Shown here one piece after another: positions 1-12,100 of a stretch of DNA of 35,323 bases. Below the pieces are notes generated by a model. The model made no database searches, was not told the origin of the DNA, and saw only the letters and a list, made by a program, of their open reading frames with translations. Position 1 is the stretch's first letter. Each line of letters opens with the position of its first letter. The DNA comes from Leidyana gryllorum EB-2025a (Eukaryota > Protista > Apicomplexa). The position numbers were made by a program, and so were the translations under genes. The DNA is taken from NCBI GenBank assembly GCA_048772705.1, contig JBLWGC010000120.1, positions 1-35,323 on the forward strand, written 5' to 3'.

Positions 1-3000
1 GAGGAGTCTGATGTCGAGCGTCCACAAACCCGAAGAGCCGCTGCTGATCTCTGAGCCTCAATCTGAGGAATCTGATGTCGAGCACCCACAACCCGTCGAC
101 AGCGAGAAGCCACAGACTGTCTCTGAGCCTCAATCTGAGGAGTCTGATGTTGAGCACCCACAACCCGTCGACAGCGAGAAGCCACAGACTGTCTCTGAGC
201 CTCAATCTGAGGAGTCTGATGTCGAGCGTCCACAAGCCGAAGAGCCGCTGCTGATCTCTGAGCCTCAATCTGAGGAGTCTGATGTCGAGCGTCCACAACC
301 CGTCGACAGCGAGAAGCCACAGACTGTCTCTGAGCCTCAATCTGAGGAGTCTGATGTCGAGCGTCCACAACCCGAAGAGCCGCTGCTGATCTCTGAGCCT
401 CAATCTGAGGAGTCTGATGTCGAGCACCCACAACCCGTCGACAGCGAGAAGCCACAGACTGTCTCTGAGCCTCAATCTGAGGAATCTGATGTCGAGCAAC
501 CTCAACCCGAAGAGCCACAGCTGATCTCTGAGCCTCAATCTGAGGAGTCTGATGTCGAGCGTCCTCAACCCGTCGACAGCGAGAAGCCACAGACTGTCTC
601 TGAGCCTCAATCTGAGGAGTCTGATGTCGAGCGTCCACAACCCGAAGAGCCACAGCTGATCTCTGAGCCTCAATCTGAGGAGTCTGATGTCGAGCGTCCT
701 CAACCCGAAGAGCCACAGACTGTCTCTGAGCCTCAATCTGAGGAGTCTGATGTCGAGCGTCCACAACCCGTCGACAGCGAGAAGCCACAGACTGTCTCTG
801 AGCCTCAATCTGAGGAGTCTGATGTCGAGCGTCCACAACCCGAAGAGCCGCTGCTGATCTCTGAGCCTCAATCTGAGGAGTCTGATGTCGAGCGTCCCAA
901 ACCCGAAGAACCGCTGCTGATCTCTGAGCCTCAATCTGAGGAGTCTGATGTCGAGCACCCACAACCCGTCGACAGCGAGAAGCCACAGACTGTCTCTGAG
1001 CCTCAATCTGAGGAGTCTGATGTTGAGCAGCCACAACCCGAAGAGCCGCTGCTGATCTCTGAGCCTCAATCTGAGGAGTCTGATGTCGAGCGTCCCAAAC
1101 CCGAAGAGCCACAGCTGATCTCTGAGCCTCAATCTGAGGAGTCTGATGTCGAGCACCCACAACCCGTCGACAGCGAGAAGCCACAGACTGTCTCTGAGCC
1201 TCAATCTGAGGAGTCTGATGTCGAGCGTCCACAACCCGTCGACAGCGAGAAGCCACAGACTGTCTCTGAGCCTCAATCTGAGGAGTCTGATGTCGAGCGT
1301 CCACAACCCGAAGAGCCGCTGCTGATCTCTGAGCCTCAATCTGAGGAATCTGATGTCGAGCAGCCACAACCTGTTGACAGCGAGAAGCCACAGACTGTCT
1401 CTGAGCCTCAATCTGAGGAATCTGATGTTGAGCAGCCACAACCCGAAGAGCCGCTGCTGATCTCTGAGCCTCAATCTGAGGAGTCTGATGTTGAGCAGCC
1501 ACAACCCGAAGAACCGCTGCTGATCTCTGAGCCTCAATCTGAGGAGTCCGATGTCGACCGTCCCAAACCCGAAGAGCCGCTGCTGATCTCTGAGCCTCAA
1601 TCTGAGGAGTCTGATGTCGAGCACCCACAACCCGTCGACAGCGAGAAGCCACAGACTGTCTCTGAGCCTCAATCTGAGGAGTCTGATGTCGAGCAACCAC
1701 AACCCGAAGAGCCACAGCTGATCTCTGAGCCTCAATCTGAGGAGTCTGATGTCGAGCGTCCACAACCCGAAGAGCCACAGCTGATCTCTGAGCCTCAATC
1801 TGAGGAGTCTGATGTCGAGCACCCACAACCCGTCGACAGCGAGAAGCCACAGACTGTCTCTGAGCCTCAATCTGAGGAGTCTGATGTCGAGCGTCCACAA
1901 CCCGAAGAGCCGCTGCTGATCTCTGAGCCTCAATCTGAGGAGTCTGATGTCGAGCGTCCCAAACCCGAAGAACCGCTGCTGATCTCTGAGCCTCAATCTG
2001 AGGAGTCTGATGTCGAGCACCCACAACCCGTCGACAGCGAGAAGCCACAGACTGTCTCTGAGCCTCAATCTGAGGAGTCTGATGTCGAGCGTCCACAACC
2101 CGAAGAACCGCTGCTGATCTCTGAGCCTCAATCTGAGGAGTCTGATGTCGAGCGTCCACAACCCGAAGAGCCGCTGCTGATCTCTGAGCCTCAATCTGAG
2201 GAGTCTGATGTCGAGCACCCACAACCCGTCGACAGCGAGAAGCCACAGACTGTCTCTGAGCCTCAATCTGAGGAGTCTGATGTCGAGCGTCCACAACCCG
2301 AAGAGCCGCTGCTGATCTCTGAGCCTCAATCTGAGGAGTCTGATGTCGAGCGTCCACAACCCGTCGACAGCGAGAAGCCACAGACTGTCTCTGAGCCTCA
2401 ATCTGAGGAGTCTGATGTTGAGCAGCCACAACCCGAAGAACCGCTGCTGATCTCTGAGCCTCAATCTGAGGAGTCTGATGTCGAGCGTCCCAAACCCGAA
2501 GAACCGCTGCTGATCTCTGAGCCTCAATCTGAGGAGTCTGATGTCGAGCGTCCACAACCCGAAGAACCGCTGCTGATCTCTGAGCCTCAATCTGAGGAGT
2601 CTGATGTCGAGCGTCCCAAACCCGAAGAACCGCTGCTGATCTCTGAGCCTCAATCTGAGGAGTCTGATGTCGAGCGTCCCAAACCCGAAGAACCGCTGCT
2701 GATCTCTGAGCCTCAATCTGAGGAGTCTGATGTCGAGCGTCCCGAACCCGAAGAGCCGCTGCTGATCTCTGAGCCTCAATCTGAGGAGTCTGATGTCGAG
2801 CGTCCCGAACCCGAAGAGCCACAGACTGTCTCTGAGCCTCAATCTGAGGAATCTGATGTCGAGCGTCCAGAACCCGAAGAACCGCTGTTGATCTCTGAGC
2901 CTCAATCTGAGGAGTCTGATGTCGAGCACCCACAACCCGTCGACAGCGAGAAGCCACAGACTGTCTCTGAGCCTCAATCTGAGGAGTCTGATGTCGACCG

Positions 3001-6000
3001 TCCCAAACCCGAAGAGCCGCTGCTGATCTCTGAGCCTCAATCTGAGGAGTCTGATGTCGAGCACCCACAACCCGTCGACAGCGAGAAGCCACAGACTGTC
3101 TCTGAGCCTCAATCTGAGGAGTCTGATGTCGAGCGTCCACAACCCGAAGAGCCACAGCTGATCTCTGAGCCTCAATCTGAGGAGTCTGATGTCGAGCGTC
3201 CACAACCCGAAGAGCCACAGACTGTCTCTGAGCCTCAATCTGAGGAGTCTGATGTCGAGCGTCCCAAACCCGAAGAGCCACAGACTGTCTCTGAGCCTCA
3301 ATCTGAGGAGTCTGATGTCGAGCGTCCACAACCCGAAGAGCCACAGACTGTCTCTGAGCCTCAATCTGAGGAGTCTGATGTCGAGCGTCCACAACCCGAA
3401 GAGCCACAGCTGATCTCTGAGCCTCAATCTGAGGAGTCTGATGTCGAGCACCCACAACCCGTCGACAGCGAGAAGCCACAGACTGTCTCTGAGCCTCAAT
3501 CTGAGGAGTCTGATGTCGAGCGTCCACAACCCGAAGAGCCGCTGCTGATCTCTGAGCCTCAATCTGAGGAGTCTGATGTCGAGCGTCCCAAACCCGAAGA
3601 GCCACAGACTGTCTCTGAGCCTCAATCTGAGGAGTCTGATGTCGAGCACCCACAACCCGTCGACAGCGAGAAGCCACAGACTGTCTCTGAGCCTCAGTCT
3701 GAGGAATCTGATGTCGAGCGTCCCAAACCCGAAGAGCCGCTGCTGATCTCTGAGCCTCAATCTGAGGAGTCTGATGTCGAGCACCCACAACCCGTCGACA
3801 GCGAGAAGCCACAGACTGTCTCTGAGCCTCAATCTGAGGAGTCTGATGTCGAGCGTCCACAACCCGAAGAGCCACAGCTGATCTCTGAGCCTCAATCTGA
3901 GGAGTCTGATGTTGAGCACCGACAACCCGTCGACAGCGAGAAGCCACAGTTTGTCTCTGAGCCTCAATCTGAGGAGTCTGATGTCGAGCGTCCCAAACCC
4001 GAAGAGCCACAGCTGATCTCTGAGCCTCAGTCTGAGGAGTCTGATGTCGAGCAACCTCAACCCGAAGAGCCACAGACTGTCTCTGAGCCTCAATCTGAGG
4101 ACTCGGATGTCGAGCGTCCCAAACCCGAAGAGCCGCTGCTGATCTCTGAGCCTCAATCTGAGGAGTCTGATGTCGAGCACCCGCAACCCGAAGAGCCGCT
4201 GCTGATCTCTGAGCCTCAATCTGAGGAGTCTGATGTCGAGCACCCACAACCCGTCGACAGCGAGAAGCCACAGACTGTCTCTGAGCCTCAATCTGAGGAG
4301 TCTGATGTCGAGCGTCCCAAACCCGAAGAGCCACAGACTGTCTCTGAGCCTCAATCTGAGGAATCTGATGTCGAGCGTCCACAACCCGACAGCGAGAAGC
4401 CACAGACTGTCTCTGAGCCTCAATCTGAGGAGTCTGATGTCGAGCGTCCTCAACCCGAAGAGCCGCTGCTGATCTCTGAGCCTCAATCTGAGGAGTCTGA
4501 TGTCGAGCACCCACAACCCGTCGACAGCGAGAAGCCACAGACTGTCTCTGAGCCTCAATCTGAGGAGTCTGATGTCGAGCGTCCACAACCCGTCGACAGC
4601 GAGAAGCCACAGACTGTCTCTGAGCCTCAATCTGAGGAGTCTGATGTCGAGCGTCCACAACCCGAAGAGCCACAGCTGATCTCTGAGCCTCAATCTGAGG
4701 AGTCCGATGTCGAGCGTCCACAACCCGAAGAGCCGCTGCTGATCTCTGAGCCTCGATCTGAGGAGTCCGATGTCGAGCGTCCAGAACCTGAAGAGCCCCT
4801 GCTGATCTCTGAGCCTCAGTCTGAGGAATCTGATGTTGAGAGTCCACAACCCGTCGACAGCGAGAAGCCACAGACTGTCTCTGAGCCTCAATCTGAGGAG
4901 TCTGATGTCGAGCGTCCACAACCCGAAGAGCCGCTGCTGATCTCTGAGCCTCAATCTGAGGAGTCTGATGTCGAGCACCCACAACCCGTCGACAGCGAGA
5001 AGCCACAGACTGTCTCTGAGCCTCAATCTGAGGAGTCTGATGTCGAGCGTCCACAACCCGAAGAGCCACAGCTGATCTCTGAGCCTCAATCTGAGGAGTC
5101 TGATGTCGAGCGTCCACAACCCGAAGAGCCGCTGCTGATCTCTGAGCCTCAATCTGAGGAGTCTGATGTCGAGCGTCCACAACCCGAAGAGCCACAGACT
5201 GTCTCTGAGCCTCAATCTGAGGAGTCTGATGTCGAGCGTCCACAACCCGAAGAGCCACAGACTGTCTCTGAGCCTCAATCTGAGGAGTCTGATGTCGAGC
5301 GTCCCAAACCCGAAGAGCCACAGACTGTCTCTGAGCCTCAATCTGAGGAGTCTGATGTCGAGCGTCCACAACCCGAAGAGCCGCTGCTGATCTCTGAGCC
5401 TCAATCTGAGGAGTCTGATGTCGAGCAGCCACAACCTGTTGACAGCGAGAAGCCACAGACTGTCTCTGAGCCTCAATCTGAGGAGTCTGATGTCGAGCAC
5501 CCACAACCCGTCGACAGCGAGAAGGCACAGACTGTCTCTGAGCCTCAATCTGAGGAGTCTGATGTCGAGCACCCACAACCCGTCGACAGCGAGAAGCCAC
5601 AGACTGTCTCTGAGCCTCAATCTGAGGAGTCTGATGTCGAGCGTCCACAACCCGAAGAGCCGCTGCTGATCTCTGAGCCTCAATCTGAGGAGTCTGATGT
5701 CGAGCGTCCCAAACCCGAAGAGCCACAGACTGTCTCTGAGCCTCAATCTGAGGAGTCTGATGTCGAGCACCCACAACCCGTCGACAGCGAGAAGCCACAG
5801 ACTGTCTCTGAGCCTCAATCTGAGGAGTCTGATGTCGAGCGTCCACAACCCGAAGAGCCGCTGCTGATCTCTGAGCCTCAATCTGAGGAGTCTGATGTCG
5901 AGCACCCACAACCCGTCGACAGCGAGAAGCCACAGACTGTCTCTGAGCCTCAATCTGAGGAGTCTGATGTCGAGCGTCCAGAACCCGAAGAGCCACAGCT

Positions 6001-9000
6001 GATCTCTGAGCCTCAATCTGAGGAGTCTGATGTCGAGCGTCCCAAACCCGAAGAGCCGCTGCTGATCTCTGAGCCTCAATCTGAGGAGTCTGATGTCGAG
6101 CACCCACAACCCGAAGAGCCGCTGCTGATCTCTGAGCCTCAATCTGAGGAGTCTGATGTCGAGCACCCACAACCCGTCGACAGCGAGAAGCCACAGACTG
6201 TCTCTGAGCCTCAATCTGAGGAGTCTGATGTCGAGCGTCCCAAACCCGAAGAGCCACAGCTGATCTCTGAGCCTCAATCTGAGGAGTCTGATGTCGAGCG
6301 TCCACAACCCGTCGACAGCGAGAAGCCACAGACTGTCTCTGAGCCTCAATCTGAGGAGTCTGATGTCGAGCGTCCTCAACCCGAAGAGCCACAGACTGTC
6401 TCTGAGCCTCAATCTGAGGAGTCTGATGTCGAGCGTCCACAACCCGAAGAGCCGCTGCTGATCTCTGAGCCTCAATCTGAGGAGTCTGATGTCGAGCAGC
6501 CACAACCCGAAGAGCCGCTGCTGATCTCTGAGCCTCAATCTGAGGAGTCTGATGTCGAGCGTCCCAAACCCGAAGAACCGCTGCTGATCTCTGAGCCTCA
6601 ATCTGAGGAGTCTGATGTCGAGCGTCCACAACCCGAAGAGCCGCTGCTGATCTCTGAGCCTCAATCTGAGGAGTCTGATGTCGAGCGTCCCAAACCCGAA
6701 GAGCCACAGACTGTCTCTGAGCCTCAATCTGAGGAGTCTGATGTCGAGCACCCACAACCCGTCGACAGCGAGAAGCCACAGACTGTCTCTGAGCCTCAAT
6801 CTGAGGAGTCTGATGTCGAGCGTCCACAACCCGAAGAGCCGCTGCTGATCTCTGAGCCTCAATCTGAGGAGTCTGATGTCGAGCGTCCAGAACCCGAAGA
6901 GCCACAGCTGATCTCTGAGCCTCAATCTGAGGAGTCTGATGTCGAGCAGCCACAACCCGTCGACAGCGAGAAGCCACAGACTGTCTCTGAGCCTCAATCT
7001 GAGGAGTCTGATGTCGAGCGTCCTCAACCCGAAGAGCCGCTGCTGATCTCTGAGCCTCAATCTGAGGAGTCTGATGTCGAGCGTCCACAACCCGAAGAGC
7101 CGCTGCTGATCTCTGAGCCTCAGTCTGAGGAGTCTGATGTCGAGCGTCCACAACCCGAAGAGCCGCTGCTGATCTCTGAGCCTCAATCTGAGGAGTCTGA
7201 TGTCGAGCGTCCAGAACCCGAAGAGCCGCTGCTGATCTCTGAGCCTCAATCTGAGGAGTCTGATGTCGAGCATCCACAACCCGTCGACAGCGAGAAGCCA
7301 CAGACTGTCTCTGAGCCTCAATCTGAGGAGTCTGATGTCGAGCGTCCACAACCCGAAGAGCCGCTGCTGATCTCTGAGCCTCGATCTGAGGAGTCTGATG
7401 TCGAGCGTCCAGAACCCGAAGAGCCACAGCTGATCTCTGAGCCTCAATCTGAGGAGTCTGATGTCGAGCAGCCACAACCCGTCGACAGCGAGAAGCCACA
7501 GACTGTCTCTGAGCCTCAATCTGAGGAATCTGATGTCGAGCGTCCACAACCCGAAGAGCCACAGCTGATCTCTGAGCCTCAATCTGAGGAGTCTGATGTC
7601 GAGCGTCCACAACCCGTCGACAGCGAGAAGCCACAGACTGTCTCTGAGCCTCAATCTGAGGAGTCTGATGTCGAGCGTCCACAACCCGAAGAGCCACAGC
7701 TGATCTCTGAGCCTCAATCTGAGGAGTCTGATGTCGAGCGTCCTCAACCCGAAGAGCCGCAGCTGATCTCTGAGCCTCAATCTGAGGAGTCTGATGTCGA
7801 GCGTCCCAAACCCGAAGAGCCGCTGCTGATCTCTGAGCCTCAATCTGAGGAGTCTGATGTCGAGCGTCCCAAACCCGAAGAGCCACAGACTGTCTCTGAG
7901 CCTCAATCTGAGGAATCTGATGTCGAGCGTCCACAACCCGACGAGCCACAGACTGTCTCTGAGCCTCAATCTGAGGAGTCTGATGTCGAGCGTCCTCAAC
8001 CCGAAGAGCCGCTGCTGATCTCTGAGCCTCAATCTGAGGAGTCTGATGTCGAGCGTCCTCAACCCGAAGAGCCGCTGCTGATCTCTGAGCCTCAATCTGA
8101 GGAGTCTGATGTCGAGCGTCCAGAACCCGAAGAGCCGCTGCTGATCTCTGAGCCTCAATCTGAGGAGTCTGATGTCGAGCGTCCAGAACCCGAAGAGCCG
8201 CTGCTGATCTCTGAGCCTCAGTCTGAGGAATCTGATGTTGAGCGTCCACAACCCGAAGAGCCGCTGCTGATCTCTGAGCCTCGATCTGAGGAGTCTGATG
8301 TCGAGCGTCCAGAACCCGAAGAGCCGCTGCTGATCTCTGAGCCTCAGTCTGAGGAATCTGATGTTGAGCGTCCACAACCCGAAGAGCCGCTGCTGATCTC
8401 TGAGCCTCGATCTGAGAAGTCTGACGTCGAGCGTCCACCACCTGTTGACAGCGAGAAGCCACAGACTGTCTCTGAGCCTCAATCTGAGGAATCTGATGTC
8501 GAGCGTCCCAAACCCGAAGAGCCACAGCTGATCTCTGAGCCTCAGTCTGAGGAATCTGATGTTGAGAGTCCACAACCCGTCGACAGCGAGAAGCCACAGA
8601 CTGTCTCTGAGCCTCAATCTGAGGAGTCTGATGTCGAGCGTCCACAACCCGAAGAGCCGCTGCTGATCTCTGAGCCTCAATCTGAGGAGTCTGATGTCGA
8701 GCGTCCACAACCCGAAGAGCCACAGCTGATCTCTGAGCCTCAATCTGAGGAGTCTGATGTCGAGCGTCCACAACCTGTTGACAGCGAGAAGCCACAGCTG
8801 ATCTCTGAGCCTCAATCTGAGGAGTCCGATGTTGAGCAGCCACAACCCGAAGAGCCGCTGCTAATCTCTGAGCCTCAATCTGAGGAGTCTGATGTCGAGC
8901 ACCCACAACCCGTCGACAGCGAGAAGCCACAGCTGATCTCTGAGCCTCAACCCGAAGAGCCCGATGTTGAGCAGCCACAACCCGAAGAGCCACAGACTGT

Positions 9001-9170
9001 CTCTGAGCCTCAATCTGAGGAGTCTGATGTCGAGCGTCCAGAACCTGTTGACAGCGAGAAGCCACAGACTGTCTGCGAGCCCCAATCTGAGGAATCTGAT
9101 GTCGAGCGTCCAGAACCCGTCGGCAGTAATACGGCACAGCTGTCATCTGAGGCTCAGTCTGAGGTGTCTG
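1..9170 (+). repeat. Coding tandem array of roughly 135-140 units of 63 bp (21 aa) or 72 bp (24 aa): SEPQSEESDVE-[R/H/Q]P[Q/K/E]P-[EE|VDSEK]-P-[LLI|QLI|QTV]
   Basis: Near-invariant 36-bp core TCTCTGAGCCTCAATCTGAGGAGTCTGATGTCGAGC alternates with 27- or 36-bp variable segments. Units degenerate after ~8,400. Unit count is estimated from length. Confidence 0.97.
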
Positions 9171-12100
9171 ATTTTGACTATTTGAAGGCGAGACGTCATA
9201 CGGCGGTTGAGAAGATTGATGAGCGGGAAAGCGCAGATCGGCTCGAAGGCATTCAACTCGGTCATTGTGTGGACAAGATTGATCAGGAAGCTGGAAATGC
9301 AACGTGTGACTCAGAAGAGAAGGACTGGAACTACGTGCGAGAGACGTCGGCAGCCCACGGTGTTGTTTCGGGCTTGTCTGACTCCACTGGGTCAGCACAT
9401 ACGATTAGAAGTGCTGATGTGCCTCTAATCGCGAGTGAACATGAGAGTTGCGGTGAAAGCCCCGTATCAGCCTCGGCCGCAGATTCCACCGTCGATGCAG
9501 AGAGTGTGGGGACGGATACTCAACCTGAGGAGCTTCGTGTTTGCACACCCGAGAGAGTGATAAAAGATGTTTCTGAGAGAGCTGAAGTAGTTGAGAAACA
9601 GGAGAATGAGCGTCGACAAATGGTTGCGGTTTCGATGGTCCGTCCCACGTCTGAGAACAGCATTGCTGTGTGGCCGAACGACTCTCCATCTCTTCAATCA
9701 ACGCCCAGGATCCGGAATCCTTTCTCTGCCGTGACCGTATACGCGGAAGCGCTGCCAGATCAGAGGGTACACACTTCGGTGCCTGGTATACGAGTGGATG
9801 TGTTGGATTTGATTCCAAGGTTCAGTACCATTGAGGATGGCACTGAAATTGTTGTCAATCACCGGGGAGTTCCTAAAGTCACAAGGATTGATAGTGACGG
9901 TAGTGCTTCTGTTATCGATCGCGATCATTCCGAATCTCCTTCACAGAGTCCGGAAGAGCCAAGTACCCCATCTGGGGCATTGGAGCCGCCCTTCATGGCA
10001 GAGCGATTGGAGAGTCCTTTGTCAAGCATCATGTTCGCGAGTCAGGTGTCGCGAGGTACATGGTCGCCTAGCTCCCGGGTAGTAGCCCACGAACTCTGCT
10101 CACCCCGAGGCTTTGAGAGTGAAACATCCATCCCAATAACAGACGAGGAACTGCTGAGGCCGGGTGAGAAGGAACGGATCTCACAAGAGCGAGTATCGAT
10201 CCATGTCTTGTCAGACGTCTCGTCTGACTATGAGGAATTATTGCCCTCTGCCCACAAACGTAGTGTGGAACACTGGCCTCTACTCCCAATCCGCACGGCA
10301 AATGTTTCGAGGATTCGCAGTGTCTCACCCGCACCCAGAGAAGAGTTGAAATTCACTCCCATCAGGAAGTCTTTGACTGCTCGAGACGAGGTGTACCCAT
10401 CCCGTCTTCGACGACAAAGATTTACAACCATTGTCGATGGAGTGGACGACACGCCCCGCGATCAGTGTGAGGAGCATCGAGACGCCCGTTGCCGCCGTCG
10501 TACCAGAGTCACAGAACTACGACGAGGCTTCAAGGGTGAGAGTCGGTATACCAGCAGCTCGCAAGGCAGAAAGGAGTTCGTATCGTCTTTCGTTGATTCT
10601 GATGGAATAGTGTCGGAGGGGTCCAGAAGCAATTCACCGTTACTATATCCCACTCCACGACCCCAGCCTCCACAGACCTCACAGGTTGCCGCCACCCAAC
10701 GAACTGAGAGGGTAAAGCGGCATCAGCTTTTCACGGATACATCGCACACTGATCCATCTCCGACTATGTCAGTGGGTGACAGAGGCATCTTTGTACCAGC
10801 TGCGGAGGAATATGATCTTCGAAGTAGATCTGCCGGCACAACCGGGGCTGCATACACGCGAGTCCAAAACAGACTCCATATGAGTGGATCGACTGAAGCC
10901 TTTGATCTCCGGAGTGTGTCGGACGAGGCAGTGCCTTCCTCGGCGGAAATGCGCAGCACTGTCAATGAAGTGGCCGAAGAAGTCGACGATGGACGCAGGA
11001 GAGCTCTGGGCCCAACGCAGACCCACGCAACTGAGATTGCTCCACCGAAGCCTCGCCACAGTCGAGACAAAGCCACGGCGATTTCAGTGAAGAGTGAACA
11101 GAGTGATAAACGGAGTCGCTGGAAGATTGTGCAGCAGATGACTAGTGAGTTATTGGAGGCGCTGCCCGCTAAGGCTACCGTGCTATCACGGACAGGCTGT
11201 GACGAGACTCACATCTCGGGACCTCATCCCCGCATGAACATTGCCACTCCCTCTGACAGTGTGCACATCAAGGCCTTCAAAGATACCAACCGTCGGCAGT
11301 CAGGCAGAAGCTCAGCCTATGCACCCATATATATTGACAATGCCGGATCTGAGACACCTTCGAGTACTTCGAGGCCCACCCATTGTACATCTCATCATGA
11401 CATCTCAACACCGAGACTGGACATCTCAACACCGAGACTGGACATCTCAACACCGAGACTGGACATCTCGGCTTCGGCAGCGGAGGGTGGTCAACGAAGC
11501 TCAACACCCTGTGTCCTGACTCGGGGCACTTTGTCTCAGAGGGCTTCTCGTCTAAGCGACAACAGGTCGGAGACGACGGAGTATTTGCTACAGGATCACC
11601 TTGGCGACCCACGCTGGAGGAGGCTGAGTGCAGCAGAAGACAGTGAAGATTCGATTGGCCGAGACACTCTGCCCTCATTCGCCCAATTCGCGGACGCCCT
11701 CCAGGTACCCAGAGGAGAGATCAGTCATGCAGCCCACCGACCGGTGAGATCGAGAGTCACCAAGACTACTCGGGTGACCCATACACGGACTGTCGAGGTA
11801 ACGGACCTCAAGGAGAGGATCAGCAACACTGCCGACACCAAGCAACCCTCGGCTATCAGATTGGACCTATCGCCACCAATGGGAGGTGTCGACCGGTACA
11901 CCTCGCCATCGGGGACGAGTGGTACCTCGGAACATCACAGAGGCAGACCGTTGCCACCCTCGCCCAGCAAGGTGGCGCAGGCTGCCTTGGCAGAGATGGT
12001 GGATAGCGTCGTGACCCGTTACACGTCTCAAGAACGAAGATCGCAGTCTCCCGCACGCCGACCCCGATCTCAGTACCAAATAGCTACTGAACCTCACATC

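Noticed and set aside
1-9170. CRISPR-like appearance: 36-bp repeat with internal palindrome CCTCA-ATC-TGAGG and 27/36-bp 'spacers'
   Set aside because: The spacers are a few recurring variants, unit lengths are multiples of 3 in one open frame, there are no cas genes, and the context is eukaryotic.
3189-9185. Short alternative-frame ORFs (MSSVHNPKSHRLSLSL...) in the array
   Set aside because: They are by-products of the repeat sequence in a shifted frame.
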